Shown here one piece after another: positions 37,118-47,245 of a stretch of 47,245 bases of DNA; the stretch's first letter is position 1; each line of letters begins with the position of its first letter. This DNA comes from Chiloscyllium plagiosum (lineage: Eukaryota). The translations under genes were made by a program, and so were the position numbers. The DNA is taken from NCBI RefSeq assembly GCF_004010195.1, contig NC_057719.1:55941086-55988330 (forward strand). The letters are read 5' to 3'. The notes beneath the pieces are model-generated. The model made no database searches, was not told the DNA's origin, and saw nothing but the letters and a program-made list of their open reading frames with translations.

Positions 37118-37330
37118 TCAAAAACAGAAACTGCTGCGTCAACTCAGCAGCCTGGCAACATTTGTGGAGAGAAAGTAAAATCAATGGTTTGGGTCCAGTG
37201 AGCATTCTTCAAAACTGATGTTCTGGTGAAGGGGCACTGGACTCAACACGTTTACTCTGTTTTCTCCCCACAGATGCCAGGCCTGTTGAGCTTCTCCGGC
37301 AATTTCAGATATCCAGCATCAGCAGTTCTT
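37118..37330. mobile_element. Penelope-derived fold-back element, degenerate
   Basis: TGTGGAGAGAAA...GGGTCCAGTG / CACTGGACTC...TTTCTCCCCACA inverted arms. Confidence 0.65.
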
Positions 37331-40300
37331 AGTATCCAATTCCATAAAATTAGAAATGTCTCTTCAGAGTTAAGACGTCTTAATCTTGGAAAAAGCAAAT
37401 TAAATTGAATTGCAGAGGCTACAGAAGAATGCGCCCCTAGAGTCAGGATCACAGACATAGCATACAAACTAGCTCAAGTATAAGCTTTAAGAACAAGAGG
37501 ATCTCAGAAATACTGAGATCCCCTCAAACATTGCCCAGTTGTGGAAATACTCAACAAGTCACAATGACATGCCGAGTTTGAGGGGAATAAATGCAACACG
37601 TGCTCAAGGTGGAATCAACTAGCAAACAACATTTCAAAGATATAGACTTAGGAGGTTCAACACATGGAAGAAATTTTTCCTGAGAATGAGGTGTAACATG
37701 TTTATGCCATCACAAAAAGTAAAATATTAGGTCTTTTAAAGGAATGCAAATCCAGTGAAAAAGGACTTAGTCACAAAAATGTCTTTAAGAAACACTAAAA
37801 TACACAGCCATGTCAGATAGAGTAACTAGTTAATCCAACATTACGTTTATCACTGCAGGATTCTAGACCACTAGTTAAATGACTCTTTGCACATTTAGCT
37901 GAAAATGAGATACATCACATGGCCCAATGCCAGTGCAAGCTGCATTTTTATGATTCAGTTACTTGATAAATGAGGTCTACTGTTTTATTTTATCATTTGA
38001 TTACAGAGCAAATGACGCGAATCTCATCAAGCTTCAACAAGCTAAGCTCTGGGAATTGTAACTCCTTTGGGAATTAATATTTATCAATTTGTACTCAACA
38101 GTACATTGTGGAAAGTAAAAATCAGTTATGAGGTTTTAAAATTTTCAGTTTTATTCATAAATTATTTTATTTTAAACTCACAATGCCTTAAAAGGAAAGA
38201 ACTTTATTTTAAATTATGTGAAAAACTTCCTGATTTTTTGCTGAGATTTAGGTTCTGTTACAAACTGGTTAGAACAATGTGGATGTTTTGACTTCTCGTG
38301 AACTTTGTCATGACCATGACTCAGAAAACTAAAGTATTAGGACATTTTTAGCTCTAAATTCCAAAATATATCTTTTTTTTTTAAAGAGGGCTGTTTCAGA
38401 ACAACTCAAAGGTAAAAAGCAAACATCTATGTGCAACCAATGGGATGTCAGACATAAAGGTATTAAGGAAACTTCAAAGAGACTGAACTGTGATCTCTTG
38501 TGACTAAAGACATTGGGAAGATGATGCCTCTCTGCTCAACAAAAAGCCACCTCCCTGGATTATACCCCAACTGCAAGCATATTTAGTGTATTTCCCTTTG
38601 AAGAAAAGGGCAAGGATTAAAAAGACAGTTTCAACAGTACTGGAGTATACTGGTGGGATTGAATAATTGTGTACTAGCCTACATTCAGGTGTTTGCATGT
38701 TGTGAAGATCAACACTGAATGACTAACTCCAAGTCACCCTGTGTTGCAGGAAAAGATCCTACCTCAATGTGAGTGCTGTAAACCTATTAAAAAGGAAACA
38801 GCCTAATAAAGGAATCTCTCTCACCCTGAATGCTGAAATTCAATCACAGTTTAAAGGCATTAGAGCTATAGAACTTCGACCAATCCACAAAATCAAGATC
38901 CAGGAAGCTGACTATTCACATTGATATTCAACCATCCATTCTTTGTGAATAAATCAGAGACTGAACCATATCTACCTCTTTTTAAAAATCTTTTATCTCT
39001 TTGGACTCAACTCTTACTTCTAATATTTATGTATTAGTGATGAATTACTAATTCTTCACCCATTTCGTCATTAATAATCTCACTCTTTTCGTTAATTCAA
39101 GTAAGCCTGAATAAATTGGCTTGTCTTAAAAACAGAAGTTCATTTAGCTCTGGGGAAAAGAGAAGAGATTCTTTGTAGTTTGATCTTGTTGCATATAACT
39201 AAAATAAGGGAGTGGGTTACCAAAGAAGGAAAGCCAGTTCATCTCTCCTCATCTGGGATCTTAACAGTTTCCGGTATTCCGTCTGGATCTGTAACAAACT
39301 GGGAAATCTCAATTGGGGTCTGCTCAGAGCAACTTGAATCAATTGAATGCACCATCCTTCTTTTTACCATCTCAGCTTTAATACTACCTACCTTCATGTG
39401 TTAATTTTAAAACAACTTTGCACACTTTCTGTTGAAGTAATTTTGTAATTTTAGCATTAGTTTAAAGTTTTAGGCAATGTTCTCACTGTTTTATTATTTT
39501 TCTTTAATTCTGTTACGTGCACCAACAGCCACTATTAATGACACATTAGTAAATGGTTCCTTTAACAAAAGCGTGCTGATAAATGCCTGCCTTAAGTGAG
39601 AGTTCTAGGGGACCTTCAATATTGATACCGACTCATCAATTAAAGCATATGACGCAATGAGCCCAAAGATTAATCATGAGAACTGATATCACACACTTTC
39701 TTATCTCAAACAAGCAGGCATAACCTCTTGGTCCTTCATTGTTATCTCAGTAGAAAGACATAAGATTTAATGAAATAACATAAAAACCATGAAGGGGACA
39801 ATTGAATAGGCATCATAGGAAGCCAGCCAGGAGATAACAGGAAGTGGCATCTGTAATTCGCTATGCCCCTTATAATGATAATTAGTGATGAATCATGAAT
39901 TGCCTGAACCAATCATGAGGTTAGGAAAACCATTAACTGTGCACAGAGGTACTAGCTAGCAAAGGTCAGTAAGCAGCAACTGTTAGCAACCAACTTTACA
40001 GCAAAAAGAAGAAAGATAATAGACTTCAATCAACAGAACACCATAAGAAACAGCATCACAGTCAACCGAAAGCTGAGAGCTGGAGGTCAAAAGGGAACAG
40101 GCTGTTTATCAGCTGCCTTTGTTCAGTATCGTTAATGTAATGAATTCTGGAAACAAGGACATACTTGTAACTGGCATTATTAATAATTAGTTGGAATGAA
40201 GCATTACTTTCAATTTGCTTCTCCCAACTTAGTCTGTAATTTGATTAAGAGATATCTTCAGTGCAGAGTGAACAAATGTCCACATTTGAGTAATATAATG

Positions 40301-40965
40301 AAAACTTCAGGACTCCCTTTGTGCTTAAAAATCATAAAAGGTCTCAGTACTAGAGAGAAGGAGATGATGGGCCTATTTATGGCCAGACAACTGCCAGCAA
40401 TGAAACATCATGTGTGAAAATTTGGTAAGTACCCTAGCAGTGCTGAGGATGGAATAAAGCCTTAATGAGAAGAGAAGCCTACAGGAACATATGAAGGAAT
40501 CAGCTGAAATTATGACATCTCATAACTTTCACATGCCATTGACCGTTCTTTAAGCTGTCAATACCAGTTAACAAGAATGTCAGGGTGAAAGCACATTAAA
40601 TTACAAAGAGACAAGGAAACAAAAGCATGCTTTGACAAATGTGCAGGCGCAAGAGAACCATGACTTTAGGTTGAAGATTGGGTTTGAAACAAACAGCCAA
40701 GTCACAACCACAATCATGCATCACATCAATAATGTCCAAAGGAAATTAAGACATTGCTTGGTACCAGCCATTATCGGTTTACAACAACAAGTAGAATGTA
40801 AGTCATTTGACAAGAGCAGACTTGGATATTTCAAAGACAGTGATGATGAGTTATCTCTGCATTCTCCTGGAGATCAATCCGCCAAAGAAGCCTCAACAGG
40901 AATCAAATCCAAAAATAATACAAAGGGCATTTTGCAAAAAAAATTTATCTGAATAATCACTGGGT

Positions 40966-41147
40966 GGAGAAAGTGAGGACTGCAGATGCTGGAGATTAGA
41001 GCTGAAATTGTGTTGCTGGAAAAACTCAGCAGGTCAGGCAGCATGAGCCCTTCCTGAAGAAGGGCTCATGCCCGAAACGTCGATTCCCCTGCTCCTTGGA
41101 TGCTGCCTGACCTGCTGCGCTTTTCCAGCAACACATTTTCAGCTCTT
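40966..41147. mobile_element. Penelope-derived fold-back insertion, 10-13-bp TSD
   Basis: ATCACTGGGT(GGA) at 40956 and 41148; intact plus-strand hammerhead core at 41054-41081. Confidence 0.85.
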
Positions 41148-41535
41148 ATCACTGGGTGGAATCATTTTGGTACCTGAGCAATGTGGTCTATGGTAAGATT
41201 TGTGGCAGAATGAAATGAGACATCCAGTGAGGTCTATCTCAACATCACAACCTTTTGCTCCAGCTTTTATGCTATTAGCGAGTGGAATGGCAAGCTTCTC
41301 ATTAGACAGCAGTGAGTTGTCAATTAAGGAGAATTATTGCATATTAAATATCTTGTTAACTCTCAATGTACCTCATTAATATGGAAGTCAGAGCAAGTGC
41401 CTGACAATTTCAGTTTGCCACATGCTCCATAGGACCTCTATATTGCTTTGGATCAAAAGGTATGACAGGGCAAAATCCTATGGGCATTTGAAGCACTTGC
41501 CCCTCATGCACAGACACTGACATCCAACAGTTTTG

Positions 41536-41792
41536 CTCAGTGGTTAGCACTGCTGTCCCACAGCCCCAGAAACCAAGCTCAATTTTGGCCTTGCACATTC
41601 TCCCATGTCTGCATTGGCTTCCTCCTCGGCTCGTTTCCTCCCACAGTCCAAAAATGCAAGCTAAGAGGATGAGCCATGGGAAATGCAGGGTTGCAGAGAT
41701 AGAGTCGTGGCTTAGGTCTGGGGATGCTCTTCAGATTTGGACTCGATGGGCTGATTAGCCTGCTTCCACACTGTAGGAATTCTATGATTCTC
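41536..41792 (+). mobile_element. HE1-like SINE, degenerate
   Basis: CTCAGTGGTTAGCACTGCTG head; CCACACTGTAGGAATTCTATGATTCT tail. Confidence 0.8.
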
Positions 41793-41846
41793 TATATTTG
41801 CCAACTCTTCATGATCATCATGGCACCGCTTAAATACATTTGCAGA

Positions 41847-43909
41847 ACTGTCACTGTCACTGTCCCCGATCACCAGGAGAATATCCTCCCTGTTCCCGAT
41901 CACCTGGAGAATATCCTCACTGTTACTGTCCCTGATTACCGGGAGAATATCCTCACTGTTACTGTCTCTGATCACCATGAGAATACCCTCACTGTTACTG
42001 TCCCTGATCACCGGGAGAATATCCTCACTGTCACTGTCCCCGATCACCAGGAGAATATCCTCCCTGTTCCCGATCACCTGGAGAATATCCTCACTGTTAC
42101 TGTCCCTGATCACCGGGAGAATATCCTCACTGTTACTGTCCCTGATCACCGGGAGAATATCCTCACTGTTACTGTCTCTGATCACCATGAGAATACCCTC
42201 ACTGTTACTGTCCCTGATCACCAGGAGAATATCCTCACTGTTACTGTCTCTGATTACCAGGAGAATATCCTCACTGTTACTGTCCCTGATCACCGGGAGA
42301 ATATCCTCACTGTTACTGTCTCTGATCACCGGGAGAATATCATCACTGTTACTGTCCCTGATCACCGGGAGAATATCCGCACTGTTACTGTCCCTGATCA
42401 CCGGGAGAATACCCTCACTGTTACTGTCCCTGATCACCGGGAGAATATCCTCATTGTTACTGTCTCTGATCACCGGGAGAATATCCTCACTGTTACTGTC
42501 CCTGATCACCGGGAGAATATCCTCACTGTTACTGTCTCTGATTACCGTGAGAATATCCTCACTGTTACTGTCTCTGATCACCGGGAGAATATCCTCACTG
42601 TTACTGTCCCTCATCACTGGAAGAATACCCTCACTGTTACTGTCCGTCATCACCGGGAGAATATCCTGATGGTTACTGTCTCTGATCACCAGGAGAATAT
42701 CCTCACTGTTACTGTCCCTCATCACCGGGAGAATATCCTCACTGTTACTGTCCCTGATCACCGGGAGAATATCCTCACTGTTACTGACTCTGATCACCGG
42801 GAGAATATCCTCACTGTTACTGTCCCTCATCACCGGGAGAATATCTTCACTGTTACTGTCCGTCATCACCGGGAGAATATCATCACTGTTACTGTCCCTG
42901 ATCACCGGGGAATATCCTCACTGTTACTGTCTCTGATCACCGGGAGAATATCCTCACTGTTACTGTGTCTGATCACCGGGAGAATATCCTCACTGTTACT
43001 GTCTCTGATCACCAGGAGAATATCCTCACTGTTACTGTCTCTGATCACCGGGAGAATATCCTCACTGTTACTGTCTCTGATCACCGAGAGAACATCCCCA
43101 CTGTTACTGTCCCTGATCACCGGGAGAATATCCTCACAGTTACTGTCCCTCATCACCGGGAGAATATCCTCACTGTTACTGTCCCTGATCACCGGGAGAA
43201 TATCCTCACTGTTACTGTCTCTGATCACCGGGAGAATATCCTCACTGTTACTGTCTTTGATCACCGGGAGAATATCCTCACTGTTACTGTCCCCGAGAGA
43301 ATATCCTCACTGTTACTGTCTCTGATCACCGTGAGAATATCCTCACTGTTACTGTCTCTGATCACCGTGAGAATATCCTCACTGTTACTGTCTCTGATCA
43401 CCGGGAGAATATCCTCACTGTTACTGTCCGTGATCACCGGGAGAATATCCTCACTGTTACTGTCTCTGATCACCGTGAGAATATCCTCACTGTTACTATC
43501 TCTGATCACCGGGAGAATATCCTCACTGTTACTGTCTCTGATCACTGGGAGAATATCCTCACTGTTACTGTCTCTGATCACCGGGAGAATATCCTCACTG
43601 TTACTGTCCCTGATCACCGGGAGAATATCCTCACTGTTACTGTCTCTATTCACCGGGAGATTATCCTCACTGTTACTGTCTCTGATCACCGGGAGAATAT
43701 CCTCACTGTTACTGTCTCTGAACACCAGGAGAATATCCTCACTGTTACTGTCTCTATTGACCGGGAGATTATCCTCACTGTTACTGTCACTGATCACCGG
43801 GAGATTATCCTCACTGTTACTGTCTCTGATCACCGGGAGAATATCCTCACTGTTACTGTCACTGATCACCGGGAGAATATCCTCACTGTTACTGTCCCTG
43901 ATCCCCAGG
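41847..43909. repeat. 36-bp minisatellite, ~57 copies
   Basis: Unit CTCACTGTTACTGTCYCTGATCACCGGGAGAATATC; the ORF-track repeats are 12 aa long. Confidence 0.97.
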
Positions 43910-44222
43910 TGATCCGCGGCCTGCCAGTCCACACTCCGTACCATCTCAGAGCTGGCAACCAACATGCCACAGAGAAGAAGGAGAAAAAGACGAAAAGGAA
44001 AGGTAAATAAAGCGAAAGAAAAGAGAAAATGCAAAAATAAAACAAAGAAGAAAAGTAGATGGGAGCAGATGGGCGCCAGGCAAGCAGCCCTGTTACTCTG
44101 CCGCCATCATACGCAGATTGAATTTGGTGATCAAATTGTTGCTTCTACCTCCAAAACTGAAAGGAAAGCTAGAGTCAAAACAATTCCCCGGGGTTCCTAA
44201 CAGTCTCTGCTACAGCAACACA

Positions 44223-44268
44223 GGGCAGCACAGTGGCTCAGTGCTTAGCACTGTTGCCTCACAGTGCT
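44223..44268 (+). mobile_element. HE1-like SINE 5' head only
   Basis: GGGCAGCACAGTGGCTCAGTGCTTAGCACTGTTGCCTCACAGTGC. Confidence 0.7.
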
Positions 44269-46409
44269 GACTTAGGCAAGTATATCTTAAGAGTGGCACT
44301 TGGAACTCCAAATCCATCAGTTGGTGGGTTGCTTTCGTGACTTCCTGCCCTCCCCACCTGCAGCTACATAATTTGTTAGGCTTGTTCATCTTTGCTCTCC
44401 AAAAGGAGATGTACCGCACACTTGTGGGATCGCCATCGGGACCCATGTCAGGAGAGCTAATTCTGACAAAGGTGCTGGGCATGAGATATAAAGGGTTCAA
44501 TCTTACCAGAAATCAGTATGTCATTTTCTTTTCGCAAGTTTTATGGCAGGTTCCCTTTGCGAGGCCTTACGAGTTTTCTCATGCAATCTTCCCAAACTCA
44601 CCTCATCAACTATGCACCACCCTATCATGGTACCTCACCGATCCTACCCTCCTCATTAACACGGGGGTTAGTGTTCACCAGTGTCAGGATATCCCAAAAT
44701 CCCTGGTACCAGCGCCATCATTGAAGGCCAGCTATGTACCAGATCAGGTGTGGGCGAGGTGGAGGGCATGTTATGGGACAACAAACACAAATAAATGCTT
44801 ATCAGCATGTATAGGTGGTGTGGCTGATGCTTCTTTACACAAACAGAGCCAATTTACAAAAGCTATTTTAAAAGATTGCAGCTTACTGAACTCATGACTG
44901 AAATTGAAAGAGCTTTTCTGCTGAAAACATCATGATTTATCCAGCAATGAATGGGGGAGAGTTACATGCATAATATGCATAAAATCAATCCTAGCTACCT
45001 AGACTAGTGTAGCCTCTATAGAAATTGACAGGAGAATTACCAAGACACTTCCATTCTGGCTGAAACAGTAGTGTCCCTATATACAGCTGAGTATCAACCG
45101 ATTGAGGGGTTCAAGCGCTTAAGCAGAAGATTCACTACCACTTTCTCCAACTTGGGGTGGAAAACTTTTTGAATTAGGAAATTCAATTGCTGTCTCTTCT
45201 CCATAGCTTAAAATTAGCTGACCAGGGAGGAAAGCCTGTACAGTTGCTCCTGACCAACTATTTTGTCACTGAAAGCAAACAAAAGATGGTAGAACATGGG
45301 GATTTGCTGTTTGCACATAACACAATGTAGATCAATGAATGCTGATTTTAATAAACCCAGTCAGAATCATTAGGAGTAAGAGTGAAAAATGTTGAGGTGC
45401 TAAGAGAAAGGCACAAAGCCATGTCATTAGAGTGTCAAGAATGGTGTGAAATATTCAATTATCTAGCAACCATTTTTTTGACCAGAAAGCCAAAATTTGT
45501 TTTAACAAATTTATACAATTGCTAAGGTTACTCAACCAATAATAATTAATAAAAATAGCCCAACTCTTTTTCAAAAGTTTCATTGAAATATCATTTTGAA
45601 TCAGCAACTATGAAATCTTAAATCACCATTAAATATAAAACTTTATTAGAAGTAAAGATATTCTAAATATTTATTTAGTCACAAAAATGCATTATCCCTA
45701 CATAATGTTACAATCATTTACCAGTCTGAGTGATAAACTGCAAGTAGGTTTTGAGAACAGATTATAATTTTATATAAATGGGACAACCATTACTGTGGCT
45801 TAGGTTTCAAAACGTTTTTCTAGCCAATGGACTAGAATTTAAAGCTTTAAAATAATCTTGTCATCAATATTTTAGAAGACAACATCATAAGATTAAAGTT
45901 GAAGTTATGCAGAGCAGATGCAATAATTAATAATTTAAAAGTGTACAAAAGACAACCATTGAACTTAACAGTCCCAGCATAGCTATCATTGAGTATTCTG
46001 AAATTTAGATTTCACATTAGCAGTGGTGGCAATTATGTCAGTTAATTAGGTGTGATTGGGAGGAGGCAAATGGTTTACAGTACAACAGTACAAACACCTT
46101 GCAAAACATGTGAGCCATTATTTATTATCAATGAACAGTATTTTAACATGTGTAATAAAATGTACAATGTGATAAATACTGAGCTATTGAGATGAGAAAG
46201 AGTTCAGATTCATTTCTCTCTCCTCCTGAGCTGGCTGACCTTATGCAGGGTAGCCGTCAGGCTTAGAAGGGGAAGCGTTGCAGTAAACCTTTGTTGCTCA
46301 CTATTTGTATTGAAACATACCTGTGTGAGCAGACAGTGAAGAGTAAGATCAAGCTTAGCTGTAACTCCTGATCTCAGTACAGCCATGTTAAAATTCAGCA
46401 AGACCTAAA

Positions 46410-47105
46410 CCGTATCCAGGCTTATTGGAAAGGGAAAGTGATATTCACGCCACACAAGTCATAGAAATTGACAGTGTCAAGCAAGAGAAAATCTAACCAC
46501 CTCCCTTTGATCTTCAATAGCATTCCCATGACTGAAACATGCATTATCAAAATCCGGAGATTACTGTTGACCAGAAATTGACCATACAAATACTGGGCTG
46601 GAAAAGCAGGTCAAGGCTGAGAATACTGAATTGAGTAACTCATCTCCTGATTCCTCAAAACCTATCCACTATTTACAAGGCAGAAGTAAGGAATTCTGGA
46701 TGACTGCAGCTCCAAATACAGTCAAGAAGTTCAATACCACAGGACAAAACATACAATTTAATTGGCACCACACCCACTGCCTTTAACACTCACTACCTCC
46801 ATACAGAGACAGTGTTGAGCACTGTATACAAGATGTACTGCAGCAATTCACCAAGGCTCTTTAAACAGCACCTTCTAAACCTGTGACCTCTACCACCTAA
46901 AAGGACACGAGTAGCAGATACACAGGAACACCATCACCTGCAAGTTTCCACTCAAGCCACTCACCATCCTGACTTGTAACTATGTTGTTGTTCTTTCGTT
47001 GTCATTCACTCAAAATCCTGGAACTCCGTCATAACAGCGCTGTTGGTGTACCTAACCCGGAGACAGCAGCAGTTCAACCAGGCAGTTTGCCAACACCTTC
47101 TCCAG
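46410..47105 (+). mobile_element. CR1/L2-type LINE 3' fragment, degenerate
   Basis: Decayed IQA...V.F.PHK...SNHLPL.FNSI...ITVDQKL RT C-terminal motifs; same family as 23245-23428. Confidence 0.7.
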
Positions 47106-47109
47106 GTAA

Positions 47110-47245
47110 AAACAATGACTGCAGATGCTGGAAAGCAGATTCTGGATTAGTGGTGCTGGAAGAGCATTTCAGGAGCATCCAAGGAGCTTCGAAATCGACG
47201 TTTCGGGCAAAAGCCCTTCATCAGGAATAAAGGCAGTGAGCCTGA
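47110..47245 (-). mobile_element. Penelope-like terminal repeat with intact hammerhead core (runs off window)
   Basis: Minus strand CTGATGA-A-GGGC(TTTT)GCCC-GAAA-CGTC at 47197-47224. Confidence 0.75.

Noticed and set aside
41847..43909. CRISPR-like 36-bp periodicity
   Set aside because: Units are contiguous with no unique spacers, no cas genes, and the context is eukaryotic.
41712..44034. Long ORFs (230-533 aa) of DHRENILTVTVP, ITGRISSLLLSL and IRDSNSEDILPV repeats
   Set aside because: By-products of a stop-free 36-bp unit; open on both strands, broken by non-triplet deletions, and two of them start or end in a SINE.
44337..44897. 186-aa plus-strand ORF
   Set aside because: GTG start, no recognisable domain or splice structure; the region looks like decayed repeat sequence.

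Overview
Vertebrate genomic DNA, almost certainly a shark or ray (inferred from HE1-type tRNA-derived SINEs, matching CR1 LINE tails and elasmobranch-type Penelope terminal repeats). It is mostly intergenic or intronic sequence packed with transposon fossils: about a dozen CR1/L2-type LINE fragments, several HE1-like SINEs, a frameshifted Tx1-clade LINE (31.5-35.2 kb) that appears to split a solo LTR, a Rex1/Babar 3' end, a Gypsy integrase remnant and a clean solo LTR. It also has many short Penelope-derived elements carrying minimal hammerhead-ribozyme cores (several as fold-back insertions with TSDs), a ~2 kb 36-bp minisatellite and two assembly gaps. I could not confidently name any host gene. 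The best non-repeat signals are a well-bounded 29-nt minus-strand exon (30151-30179) that joins in frame to a Cys-rich ORF (27867-28121) with a faint resemblance to short helical cytokines, and a TATA/Inr promoter candidate near 2.2 kb. Structural oddities include a 71-bp CR1 tail flanked by a 114-bp duplication and a near-perfect 101-bp inverted repeat. All family assignments are by eye; no database searches were run.
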